In this document: positions 23,801 through 35,600 of the stretch, one piece after another | How the letters are laid out: the number at the start of each line of letters is the position of its first letter | Position numbering within the stretch: the first letter of the stretch is position 1 | From: Euglena gracilis | Taxonomy: Eukaryota | Length of the DNA: 64,000 nucleotides | Assembly: GCA_039621445.1 (NCBI GenBank) | Contig: CP154954.1 | Coordinates: 49,083,847-49,147,846, forward strand | Reading direction: 5' to 3' | Position numbers and translations under genes: made by a program | The notes under the pieces: model-generated | What the model was told of the DNA's origin: nothing | The model's database searches: none | Seen by the model: the letters and a program-made list of their open reading frames with translations, nothing else

Positions 23801-25581
23801 TCCAAAATCTCTCAAAATTAAAATTTTGAGAAATGTTGATTTTGACAAAAAAAACTCAAAGATTTCAGGGTTAAATTTGGTAGTTTTAGGAGGGGGGGGG
23901 GGTGGAAAATAACGAAGGTCAAAAAAGGTGGACCAAATTTTGGAACAGTCAAATTTTACTGACACTTTTCCTCTGTCAAATTTGTTGGATTTTCAATGGC
24001 ATTTTTCTTGCTTCAAAAACCTCTCAAATTCAAAATTTTGAGAAAATGTTGATTTTTTGGAAGATGTGAAAAATGGGGGTTTGAGGGAGTTTAATGGGAG
24101 GAAAAAGTTCTAAAGTAATTTTTTGTCACCAAAAAGTGACGTTTTTAAGTTTTTCCAGACTTTTTTTTGTTGCGTTTTTTTTTTAAAAAAGCATATTTTT
24201 AAAAAAAATTGTTTTATTTTTAAAAAAAAAAATATTTATAAAAAAGTTGTTTTTTTTAAAAAAAGTGTTTTTTTTAAAAAGACATGCTTTTTAAAAAAAA
24301 AATTTGTTTCAAAAAAAACAAGCAGTCAACCTTGGCAAGCACCTATGGTCAAGCCCCAAAATTTCCCCATTTGAGGCCATTTTAGGCCATTTAAGGCCAA
24401 CAGGCAAGCAAATGTCCTGAATAGGGTCAGAAATTTAAAGTAACTGCAGTGAAAAAAAATGGATGGTTTCGAGTTTCGAGTTTCGAGGTGACCCACTCTG
24501 TATCCCATGCAACAAGGTTTTGAGCAACGTGTACGGCGGCACACTGCATGGGCACGCGTTTGGTATTGCTCACATGAAAAAGTTGGATTATTTTGTCAGT
24601 GTTCATGAGGCTATCCGGTGTGGGTGCACGGGTCAGGGCGGTCCATCAGGGACGGAATTTTTTTTTTTTAGTTAACTGCCCCTTAAGGACTGCCCTTCCA
24701 GGGCAGTTTTGGACTCGAAATAATTTTTCTGGCGTCTTCGGCGCCGGGTGTTTTTTTGACCCATTTTGGGACCCATATGCAGGAACCCATAGCTAAAATG
24801 GCCTAAAATTCCTAAAATGCCTAGAATGGCCTAAAATTCCTAAAATGCCTAAAATGGCAATAACTGTCCCTCATGGACCGCCCTGATCCCATGCTTCGCC
24901 CGAGGCTTCTTCCTTGGGCGTTCCGAAGCCACAGGAGTCTGAAGCCATCGGGCCATCGGGTCTGAGATTTTACCTGAGGAAAAAAATGCCTTAAAAAACC
25001 TTAAAATTTTTTAAAATTCCTCAAAAAACCGTAAAAAACCTTAAAAACCTTAAAAAACGCTGTAAAATTTTTTGAGAAATCTCGCCTTAAAAAAAAATAA
25101 TGCCTGGTGCCAACGGCACGCTGTGTCAACGACAAGGGGGGGGGGAGGTGGTGACCCCTGGGGGGGGGGGGTCTACCAGCAGGGCTAGCCAGGAAAAATT
25201 TCTCCAGATGTGGAATGCCAGAACTTCTTTTGGACCCCAAGCCTGGCCAAAAAAAACCCATTTTTGACCATTTTTTTTTGGAATTTTTGGAACATGGCCC
25301 CAAAAACACTAAAAAAAATTGTTTCCCATCGGGGACCCCGGACCCACCCCCAGGAGGTGGGGGGTCTGGTTAGAGGCTGTTTCCAGTGTGTAGCAAAATG
25401 GCCAGCCAGTGGACCCCCCTAAACTCTGGCCGAGGCACACACGGCGGTTCTCCGCCTTGTCCTCCCGGGCTGGCGGGGGTTGCTTCGCGCCCGTTGCCCC
25501 GGTCAGCGGCAAGGAACCGCACAGCGTCCCATCGCTGGGCATGGGGCCCAGCGAGGGGTGGGAGAAGGCCGGGATGCGCAT
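11859..25581 (-). CDS. Tandem CCCH zinc-finger protein, paralog C (multi-exon, richest in transposon-derived introns)
   Basis: ATG at 25581 (MRIPAFSHPSLGP). Exons: 25581-25432, 20864-20834 (31 nt, DYLKGRCVRR), 19954-~19780, ~19030-18935, 17190-~17010, ~16875-16707, 16316-~16262, ~15915-15721, 13844-13776, 11949-11859 (TPPAPAASAQLFAPHPLLDLLRSLNVAAC*). Junctions around 17.0 and 19.0-19.8 kb are not resolved. Confidence 0.78.
11955..13772. mobile_element. 1.8-kb minisatellite-filled hAT-like element / introner in paralog C (inferred intron 11950-13775)
   Basis: 12-bp TIR CAAGCACCTCTG. Perfect TSD GTCGGCAG at 11947-11954 and 13773-13780. Paralog B has a single GTCGGCAG near 32692. Interior has 10-mer CAGCATCGCC and 18-mer CATCTGCATCTTGTCCAG arrays. 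Confidence 0.93.
16322..16703. mobile_element. CAGGCATT-family MITE / introner in paralog C (inferred intron 16317-16706)
   Basis: TIR CAGGCATT(G/A)TTTTT. Perfect TSD GCCAGGGC at 16314-16321 and 16704-16711. Paralog B is uninterrupted at 36500-36530. Confidence 0.92.
17196..18931. mobile_element. Second copy of the CAAGCACCTCTG element / introner in paralog C
   Basis: Same TIR, orientation and internal arrays as 11955-13772, with a different perfect TSD, ATGACAGA, at 17188-17195 and 18932-18939. Excision gives in-frame CGLCHEALACR. Confidence 0.92.
21607..21868. mobile_element. TA-target MITE with ACCTGCAACCTGTGACCGGG internal repeats
   Basis: C(n)..GTCGTA(C/T)GACC TIRs. Inserted at the TA of AATAGGTAGTG of the 21498 element (compare the empty site at 1634-1645). 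Relatives at 47108-47365 and ~20025-20130. Confidence 0.75.
21912..25106. mobile_element. CAGGCATT-family hAT-like element (nested)
   Basis: TIR CAGGCATTATT. Perfect TSD GTGCCAAC at 21904-21911 and 25107-25114. Subterminal CCTTAAAAAA repeats as in 16322-16703. Confidence 0.88.
22421..23144 (-). mobile_element. Internally deleted hAT element retaining a BED/CGGBP-like zinc-finger fragment
   Basis: TIR CAGGGTTT..CACCGGTTCGTGC (21/23). 7-bp direct flank CAGTTTC. (TTCGTGATTG)n subterminal arrays. Minus-strand peptide FGGVMQVRGSEMWCSVCHVSMHWTEETHAKR at ~22775-22876. Confidence 0.7.
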
Positions 25582-27047
25582 CGCTCTGTGACAGGGGTAG
25601 GGGGGGGTGCTGGGGGCTAAGGCTCCCGGGGGGGGGGCACAGGCCAGTTGGAAAAAGGTGCTGGCGGCACCCTCTCGGGGGTACAGGGTGGAGGTACATG
25701 GGGTCCGGCCGGCTGGGAGCTGGACCCAGTAAGAACCCAAAAAGCTGGGTTGGCATTTTTCAGTGAAGACCCAAAAAGTACCCAAAAATGCCACCTTGGC
25801 CAGTTTTGACTCCTTTTTCACAAATGTTCGGCGCTTTGTGCCATTTTTTTTTGGAAATTCTAGGTGAAAAGATTTCAGCAAGGGGGGCTTAGACTTGCCC
25901 CGGATAGGATTGGGAGATATTCCGAATGAAAAAAGTCTGAACTCATTTTTCGACAAACTCTGATGAGAATTTACACCAAAATTGTGACATCTGAGGTACC
26001 TTCACTCCCCCAGGGGGGGCAGGATTGAAGGAAAGGCCTGGGGGTCAACCTTGGGAGCCAAATTAGCATGTCAAGAATTTCGGTGGCCATGTGCAACAGG
26101 CCAAAGGCCAACTTTTGGGGGGGGGCAAGTTTTCATGTCAGGGGGTCCAAGTGCACGGGGGGGGGGGGGGGGGGGGGGGGTATTCACTTCATAAAGTGAA
26201 GTGAGATGACAATAAGAGCAGGAACACCATCTTGGACGTCCTTATGAGCCCTGGCCAAAAGGCCCCGGGCAACTGTCGCGTGACAAATTGGGCAGCACGG
26301 AGGGGGGTGACAATTTCCCGGGGCGACTATTTGGCCGGCACACAGGGGGAGTGACAATTGCCCGGGGGCGTCAATTGCCCGGGGGCGTCAATTGCCCACC
26401 CATGTAAGCCACATTTAAACCAAATGACCAAGAACACCATCTGAAACACAAATGAATGCAGGAAAAATGCAGCTATGGTCATGAAATTGTGCAGAGCGTT
26501 TTGGTATGCAAAATTTCTCAGCACGTTGTAGCGAAATAGACGATCAATCGAGTCGTGTCGGCAAAAGAAAATCAACAGTGCAATACTGCAAACGGGGGGT
26601 GACAAATTGGGCAGCACGGAAGGGGGTGACAATTTTCCGGGGTGACAAATTGACCAGCACAGCCAGGGGTGACAATTGCCCAAGGGCGTCAATTACCCGG
26701 GGGCGTCAATTGCCCGGGGGGGGGGGGGTTGGCAGAACAGTGACCTGAGACAATACTTGATGCCAAAGAGGCCAAAATACTTCTTGTTGCAGGTTTCTTT
26801 GTGTCAACCCCGGGGGGTTGGGCTCAGGGTTAGGGTTATGGTTAGGGCATCCAAAAAATATCCCAAAAAGTCCAGGCACAAATTTGATTCAGGCTTCTAT
26901 TGGAGCAAAGCAGAGGAAGCACAGGTCCCTGCCACACAAATCAAGGCTGCGGGCCAAAGATTTGTGGGTGTACGAGTGTCTGGGGCGGTGTGATCTGGGC
27001 AGGTCCGCAGGGGCTCGGGTTTGGACACCGGACTGTGAGGGTGGGAC

Positions 27048-27174
27048 CACAGATTCTCTTCGTGACTGGGGGGGGGTTCTCCCTGGGCCTGACAGGGCCC
27101 AAGCTCACCCAGCCAATTTTTTATTAAAAACCCATCAACCCCACCGGTGAGGCTAAACGTTGGGTGAATCTGTG
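27048..27174. mobile_element. CACAGATTC-family MITE upstream of the paralog C ATG
   Basis: TIR CACAGATTC / GAATCTGTG. Perfect TSD GGTGGGAC at 27040-27047 and 27175-27182. Confidence 0.85.
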
Positions 27175-27212
27175 GGTGGGACGCGACGTGGGTCACCTGC
27201 TGGGGTGGGGAC

Positions 27213-27513
27213 CATGCTTGTGCTTACCGACTGGGGGGTGAGGGGGGTGGGTGGGTGCTATAAGGTGCCTGCTCCTACCAGGCACACCCCCAGGGGGGTC
27301 TGGGGGGGACCCAGAAAATTTTCAATGAAAATGGCCCTTTTCCGGGGCCCCGGCGCCAAAGGCGCCGGGGTCGGAGGGGGGTGCCTGCCTTATGGGCAGG
27401 CACCCCCCCAAAACCCTACCCCCCCCGGGGGGGGGTTGGATCGGGTGCTATGGGGTGCCTGCCCCAAGCACCCCCCCCCCCGTGGGGTAGGCACCCGACT
27501 AAGCACAAGCCTG
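27213..27513. mobile_element. hAT-like MITE upstream of the paralog C ATG
   Basis: TIR CA(T/G)GCTTGTGCTTA (13/14). Perfect TSD GTGGGGAC at 27205-27212 and 27514-27521. The homologous site in paralog D (~8118-8128) is empty. Confidence 0.88.
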
Positions 27514-29668
27514 GTGGGGACCCCAGGGGGGACGAGACCGTAACGTCCCTTGCCGGGACGTTGAGCAGACGGGAGGAGGACCAGCGGGGGCCAACCACAC
27601 CGCTGAGAGGGCTCCGCGCCTCTCAGCAATGCCAAGGGCGGGAGGGAGGGGGTCGCTCTGGGACGCGCAAGAGCAACGAGGGCAGGGCAGGGCAGGGCAG
27701 GGCAGGCAAACAGACGCTGTGCCCGTCGGCACAGCGCGCCACGTCGATAATTTACCAAAAAATGAGGTTTCAAATGCGAGATTCAAGACGCATGTGAGAC
27801 GCACTTTTATTGAAGAAAGGTTTGTCCAGTGGAAAGGTTGCCCGCATCCTGGGACTGAGCCACACCTTCCATTTTTGCGGTTGGTTCCTTCGACAGATAA
27901 AAAATCGGTTTTGCCACATTTGTCATCAGGAAAAGGCCATAATCCACTCCCTTTGGTGTGTTGTTCAAAGCAGGGGGGGGACTGCCTGACCTGAAGCAGT
28001 GACCCTGAAACTCTGGAAGGGGTTGACCAGTTTGGGAAAATGGGCTTGAAATGTGAAAAAAATATCAAAAAAATCCAGTCACCTAAAGCACTTAAGGCAC
28101 AAAGCAATGTTTCCGAACACACCCTGCAGGTGTTCTGGCCAAAAAAAAAAAACAACCAGTCATTTACTCTGGAAAAACAACGTCACCCAGGGCAATAAAT
28201 TGGGGGGGGGGAACCCTTGACTTAAGTCCCCAAGAGTGTGCTGCTGGTGATACTGTGGGGGGGTGGGGGTGGAGGTTGAGGTTGATGGACAACAGTGTGC
28301 CAACCCAAAACGGCTTTTTTCTTTGGTTGGGAGCGCAATGGAGCAAGGGGTGTGGACAATGACACATGGACACATGACATAGAGGATCCAATTGTCGGCC
28401 GCCCTGACAAAGAAGCAACATTCGGATCACGTGGGGCAACAAGACCGAAAGGGGGAGTTGCAACAGCTGCACCAGGGTGGGGGGCAGTTGCAGCCTCCAC
28501 TGCAGCAGAGGTGGACATGGACAAATGAATAGCAACAACGCCCGTACAAAACACGCTCACCTTTGCTTCACACACGTGCACCAAACAATTTTTTGCCGAC
28601 ACAGGGGGATGTCACTTTTTCCTTTCATTTTCCACAATCTGTCTCACAGTGGGAGGAAGTGGGGGGTCCGGACCCCCGTTTCTTTCTCCGGGGGGTCCCG
28701 CCCGAGAAATGGCCATCTGAACTGCCTGGGAATCAAAAGAAATGACTGGGGACCTAAAATAAAGCCCTGGAGACCCTCTAGCACCCCAGATGGGCCCCCA
28801 GTTCCAGCTGTGCACCTGGCCCTGGGTAGGGCCCATTTTGTACTGTTTTGGCCAGTTTCAACTTGGCCGATTTCGACCCCCCTCCTACCTCCACTTTTCG
28901 GTCCCTGAACTCCTCGCTGTTGAGTGCAAGATTTCATATTGAGCCTCAACAGGGTCCTAAAGTACACACCCGGCGCGAAGCACCGAAAGATTTACTTTTG
29001 CCCCCGCAGAGGAGGGGGAGTGGGGGGGAACCCCCTTCCGAAATTAGGGGGGTGGGGGATCAGGTTTTGAATGGTGCTGAGCTCTTGATAAGTGCGCACC
29101 CACCCCTTCATTGATAAGAGTGCACCCACCCCTTCGTTGATAAGCGCGCACCCACCCCTTCATTGACCCCCCCCATATACACCGGCCCACTCCATGGAGC
29201 TCTTTTGACTGAAATGCAAGGGTTTTGTGCCCGAAACGGGGGGCCGGCGGGTCGAAAAACGTTCATTTTCGGCCCAAAAACAGTTTTTCTGGGTCCGGGA
29301 GGCCAAAAAACATTGTTTCGGGCAGAAAAAATTTTCGATTGTTTTCGACTTTTTTGACCCGGTTTTGACCCAAAGTCAATGGGTTGGCGGCCCAAAACGG
29401 GGCGCTGGCAGGTCGAAAAACGCTCATTTTCGGCTCAAAAACAGTTTTTCCGGGTCCGGGAGGCCAAAAACCATCGTTTTGGGCAAATTTTTTTTTCGAT
29501 TTTTTCGACTTTTTTGGCCGAAAACGGCTAAGTCGGACAGTGGAAAAAGTGTACGAAATGGTTTCGCCGGGGGTAAGCTTCGCTCTTACCCTAAAGGGAT
29601 AAGAGCTCAGCGACCCCCACCTATCACCTCACCCCCCAAGGGAGGGGGGTACAACTCTGGGGGGGGGG

Positions 29669-30114
29669 CAGGCTTTTGCTTAAGGACCCCCGGGGGGGGG
29701 GGGTACTGGCTAGCCAATCGGCTAGACACTGGAAAAAGTGGACTAGCTAGACCCCCCCCTCCCCCCCGGGGGGGGGGGTGGGTCCGGGGGCCCCCCGGAC
29801 TGGAAAAAAATTTTTCCTCCGGCGCTGCGCGCCGGAGGAAAAATGAGGTTTTTAATAGGTTTTTGGCTGATTTTGTTCCAAAAATTTCCAAAAATGGCCA
29901 AAAACGGGCATTTTTGGCCATTTTTGGGGGTCCCAAAAAAAATTTTCGGCGCTTCGCGCCGGTCACTGGAAAAATTTTTCCCACTAGCTAGCCCTGCTAG
30001 CAGACCCCCCCCCCCGCGGGCGGGGGGGGAACCCACTTCCAAATTGGACTAGCTGCAGTCCAGCCCCCCCCCCCCCCCCGGGGGGGGTACTGCAATCCCT
30101 TAAGCAAATGCCTG
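29669..30114. mobile_element. Intergenic CAGGC-TIR MITE
   Basis: TIR CAGGC(T/A)TTTGCTTAAGG with G-runs on both sides, consistent with a G8 TSD. Confidence 0.75.
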
Positions 30115-30591
30115 GGGGGGGGGGGGTCGGCCACTCTGGAACCCAAGGGAAAGTTGACCACAAATGCGAAAAAAAAGCTAAAATTTTTCAGGGCCTTTGG
30201 CACTGAGCCAAAATTTTTCAGGGCCTTCGGCACTGGGTGGCACTGCAGTGGTTTTTGACCCCCCCTGCCCACAGGGAAACGCCGTTGCCCATACCCAATG
30301 AGTACGACGCTGATCCACGCGGCAGAGCCTGGCAGGGATCGGGACAGCGATGGAACCGCCGGCTTAGGCTACGGCGGAATCCAACGCGGGCAGCCGGCCC
30401 CACAGGCCGACAGGCACCTCTCCCGTCCCCCAAAGAGGGCAAACCACTGGCAGGGACCTCTTTGGCAGACCACGGAGGGGAAGAGTTAACACTTTTGGGA
30501 AATGCCAGCCAGGTCCCAGGGATGGCTGGAGGTTGTTGACCAGGGTCAGGGGTGGGGGGGGTTACGGTGAGGGACTGCAGGGCGCCAAAAA

Positions 30592-30738
30592 TCCTACTGA
30601 GGAATTTGGGTGGTAAACCCTACTAAGGAATTTGGGTGGTAAACCTTACTCAGGAATTTGGGTGGTAAATCCTACTAAAGAATTTGGGTGGTAAATCCTG
30701 CTAAGGAATTTGGGTGGTAAATCCTACTAAGGAATTTG
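30592..30738. repeat. 26-bp minisatellite, about 5.5 copies
   Basis: Unit GGAATTTGGGTGGTAAA(C/T)CCTACTAA, head to tail with no spacers. Confidence 0.9.
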
Positions 30739-32603
30739 ACCCAATCAGAAAACAGCACATGGGTATCCAGCAGTTCTTCTCGCATTTGGAAGTGTCCCCC
30801 CCCCCGAAACCCCCCTGCAACCCGACCAGAGGCCAGGTTCGGGGATTTGGGAATTCAACTTTTTCACGGGAGGCAGACGGAAGGCTGTTAAAAAAGCGGC
30901 CATCCAATTGCTTCCAACAAAAATAAAAAAAATGCAAAAAAATGTGAATTGTTGGCGGGGTTTAGGGGTCAAAGAAATATCCAGTGCTTCTCGTCAGTCA
31001 CTGGAGAAAAAAACTCCACCAGCTGAAGGGGTTTTCTTCACTTAGGCGGCGCATCTCGCACTTAAGCCTTTTTTCTTTGTCGATGTGCGCAAATGCGCAC
31101 ATCGACATTTTTCATGAAAATGACAAGATATGACCCCAAGAACCCAAGAATGTCAGCAGGATGTGATGTGGTGCCTCAGGACACAGAGATGAAAGCAGGG
31201 ACTTTGACAAATAGGGTGCCTAAGAGCAGGTATCAGCACATGATGTATACAACACCCAGCAGGTGAAACCCTACAATGGCTGTCTTATTAACTTAGGATA
31301 TTGACTGAACGATTTGGTGAGGTATGCCCAAGCCTGAAGTGATACCCTGAAACTTGGCTGTGTGAGAAATTGCTGGATGTTTTCCTCTTGCTAAAACCTG
31401 GCAGGGGGTCTTCCTTTTGAGGATGGGGTTCGATTTTTTGAGGAGGGGGTTGGACAATAGACTGACACGACAGATTGGTGCAAACAGCATTCACCAGGGT
31501 TCCAGCCTCAGATTCAAGAGATCCCATGGGCGAAACCTGGGGTTAGACAATGAGGGGCAAAACCTTAGACACGCACTTCATAGCTCAGTATGAGTGAGTG
31601 TCATGAATGGGACCGAAGGTCTGATGTCACATGAACATCTGGATGCTAGTGTAATTGCACCTGTAAATCCCTACAAACAGAAGGAAACTATTTTGTGTTC
31701 TCACAACTCCTTGCCAGATAATTAGTGGGCAAGGAGGTGCATGCCGGTCTCCAGGTGGGCGGGGGGGGGGGGGGCAGCAAAAAAAGGACGTCTCTGATGG
31801 GTGGGGGGGGGGAAATGGAGCATGGCTTTTTTTTATCAGTGATCAAGCGGAATGGGAGCACTGCTTTCGCTTTTACCGAAGAAAAAAAATGGAGAACTGA
31901 AAATTGTTAGAGACACCTGCAGTTGCAGTGCAGAGAGCAAACTGAACGATCCTTATGATGACAGGTTGGCGGCTACCAACAGAACGGCGGGTTCATACTT
32001 GGCGGATTTATCGGGGCAGATGCCTTGCACCCCTGCCCCCCCCCCCCTATTGGTTGTGGTCCCAGGGGTTAGACACGTCCGAGACCAATGGGTAGCATGG
32101 AAGACCGTTAGGGTTTGGTTGGACTAGGGTTAGGATAAAGACGAAGGCTATTGGGCTGAAATTGGCTTTGCTTGAAGTCAAATATCGGCCTAAGTTTTTC
32201 TTCGCAGCATGACCCCAATCCGAATCCTTTTCAAACGAGAATGGTAACCCAAACCCCAACCCCTGGCGTAACAGAATTTACCAAAAAAAAAATGCTGACA
32301 AAACCACCATCAGGGTGCGGTTTTTTTTTTGAAAAAAGTGGGCTCCCCCATGGGGGGAGGGCCAATAGTTTTATGGCTTCCGTTCTGGTTTTGTCCTGCG
32401 GCATTCCAAATTCTGGTATTTGGATTTTCAATGGGGTTGGCATTGTGGAATCAGGCTGGTGGTTGGCAAAACGCAATCAGCATTTTGGCATTAGGCAAAC
32501 TGCGCCTCCGTCCCAACACTCCTCCATCGTCGGTCCCGTTGTCAAGGCGTTCCTCCGCAACCTTGCATCAGAAGCAATTCTGGGTCTGGGGTTCGCCTGA
32601 GGA

Positions 32604-35600
32604 TCAGCAGGCAGCGACGTTCAGGCTGCGCAGCAAATCCAGCAGGGGGTGGGGGGCGAACAGCTGGGCGGAGGGGGTGGGGGCGGGGGGAGTCGGCAGG
32701 GAACAGCCCTGGAGGGCAGTGCGGGCTTGGGGGCAGCGACCCTGACGGCGTCATTGGAGATGGCCTGGATTGGGGGGGGGGTCAGGGTCTGTGGCAGTGC
32801 GCGTCTGTTTTGCGTGGCACCGTGTTGTTTTTGTCTGTGCGCGAGCATGCGTGCGTGTGTGTGTGGGTGGGTGGGTGGGTGGGTGTGGGTGGGTGGGTGT
32901 GTGCACGCGTGCGTGCGTGCGTGTATGCGTGCGTGCATGCGTGCGCGCATGTTCTGCTGTGTTTGTGTGTGCACGGTGTTCGTGCGTGTGGCGGCATGAA
33001 CCAAACTCGGGCAGAGGCACTTAGGCGGCCGAATTCGCACTTAAGGGTTTTTCCTTTAGGATGCGCGCAATTGCGCAAATGCACCATTTTTTTGTAACCC
33101 CTGGGCCTGTACCCTGACACCCGGAACACGATTTAAGAACCGTTACACCCCTGTACTGGAGGGGATTGACTCCCAGTGGTCTGGTGTGCATGCTGCTTAC
33201 CAGATGACGTGAATAGGGCTGATGGTGAGACTTGTGCTGTTGTACATCAAACGGGAGAGAGGCACACACCCCTTGTTACGACACTTGGAAATGGTGCTGA
33301 CGTGTTGGCTGAACTGGCTTGGATACTACCCACTCCTAAGAACACACTGAGTCTCATTTAATCACAACACCACAGACACACAGACTACGTGAGGCAGCCA
33401 TCGCGCAACTGATGTGTGTTTGTGGGCGCATTTGCGCAAATAAAAACAATTGTGTTTGTGGGCGCATTTGCGCAAATAAAACGTACACCGATGATGTTAA
33501 AATGACGTGTTGGTGGGCGCAAATGCGCGCACCAACACATTTGGTGATGCGCGCATTTGCGCAAATGCGCGCACCAACACAATTATGTTTGTGCGCGCAA
33601 ATGCGCCCACCAACATGTACTTTTACTTTCCATGTTAAAAGACACCAATGAGGACCATGACCCTACGAGGTTTAAAAACGTGATGGGCGTGTTGGTGCGC
33701 GCAGTTGCGCAAATAAACACAATTACGTTTGTGCGCGCATTTGCGCAAATGCGCGCACAAACGTTTAATACACCGCTTCAAAATGATGTGTTTGTAGGAG
33801 CCTTAGAGCACACAAACAAAGTTGTGTTTACTTGCGCAAATGCGCGCATCAAAACACATGAGTTGTGCGACACCATCTCCTCCTCCGTGACAGCTGGCGA
33901 ATGCAACTCCTCACGCCAACCAATGGTTTGCACTACGATTACATGGCGATGAAATTTGTGGCGAGAGGTAGTGTGGAGTGTTCACTGGAACACAACATTT
34001 GACTGGCCAAAATTTGCCTGCCTTACGTGTGTACATGTGTACTGCTGTTCCCTGGCCCACACGACCTGTTGTTTTGGCGTCATGCGTTTGGCAGTTAAAA
34101 ATAATGAATTAATTACATGCAAACCACCTGTGACTGTTACACACCTTTTCTGCAACAGGACTGCGTTACAAGAAAACAAAATTTGGCACCTGAAATGCCC
34201 GAGACGTGTCCGGCCGTAGTCCGTTTTCAGGTTTTCTTTGCCATTTTTCCCTTGAAAAACGTAAAAAACACCGGTTTTTGCGCATAATTTGGGGGGAGTG
34301 GGTCCCACCGCTTTGATGCACCCAATCCAGGGGTAAAGCTTCAACCCTTCCTTGCATCCAAAGTAACAGGTGTTTGAGGGCTATCTCTCTCCGGCTGCCG
34401 ATTGCCATGCACTGGCACCACGTCGTCCCCCCAGTCTTACACCCCGGTTGCGGGGTATAACGCGGTCGCTGTGGTGGGTGTCGTTGCACTGGGGAGGTTG
34501 ATGCCGGTCTGGTGGGTGCTGAAGCATTAGCAGCTGATGGGGCTGCAGCAGCGGAGCCGAGGCCGCAGGTCAGCGACAGGGCCCTTGGGGCCCAAAAATT
34601 GGTGCCGGTGGAGGTGCACCGTTACTGGGTAGCTGCGCACTCACCTTCAGGAGATCCTATGTCTCCATCCTTTGTGGGACCTGTCAATGGTCCAAAAACG
34701 GCACAATAACACCATGTACCGGAGGAGACGGTGTGGCCATTTGCTATCAACCCATTCAGAAGCCACTAAGGGTAGTTGCAGGAGGGCCAAATGAAATCGC
34801 TTTTTACTCCTCCATTGGTGGTTTATTTGCGCATTTGCGCGCATCACGTTGTTTTTGGGCGCAAATGCGCAAATAAAACATAGTAAATTGTACAGTTTCT
34901 TCATGCAGTTTATTTGCACATTTGTGCCCACAAACAATGTGATGCGCGCAAATGCGCAAATAAACCACATCTGCGGCTGGTGTTTGACGGTTGTGTTTCC
35001 GTCACACCGTTCTTCTTTGTGTTTATGGACGCAAATGCGCGCACCAACACAATTATGTTTGTTTGCGCATTTGCGCAAATGCGCGCATAAAACATAATTT
35101 TTGTTTGTGCGCGCATTTGCGCCCATAAGCTTGCGCCGTCGACAAATAATTTGACAAGCGCACCAATTGGACGGCCCGTTGGTCTGCACACCCACGGCTC
35201 CTTTGTCACGCCGTTTGGGTACCAAAGCCAAACCCTTGAAGGACATGTTTGTGTTTATGCGCACAAATGCGCGCACCAACATAATTATGTTGGTGCGCGC
35301 ATTTGCGCGCATAAACACAATCCTGTCCTTCCAGTGTTTGGCTTCTTCTGCAGGGTTCTTTGCCACACAGCTGGTTGTGCGCATCCCGGGTATAAGCCGG
35401 GTGGGAGACACCCGTCCCCTTTATTCCCTTCGTTCCCTGCGGACCCCGTTTCTTCCCCCTGCGCTTCCCTTGCCAAACACCCCCCACTCACCTTCCTCTC
35501 ACTGCGGCCCTCCTTCCGGCTTGGTCACACCACACCCACACCCCCCGGCGCCTCCTCCCTGCGCTTTAACAAACAGCCCAAAAACACCACACCAAGGCGC

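Larger units (their letters stand above)
20870..25428. mobile_element. CAG-TIR introner splitting zinc finger 1 of paralog C, expanded by nested insertions (inferred intron 20865-25431)
   Basis: Ends CAGGCTTCAGGG / CCCTAAACTCTG. TSD GTCGAGGC / GCCGAGGC (7/8). Excision restores VCL|DYL, and the other three paralogs are uninterrupted here. Confidence 0.85.

Noticed and set aside
30592-30738. CRISPR-like array
   Set aside because: The units are head to tail with no unique spacers, the context is eukaryotic, and there are no cas genes.
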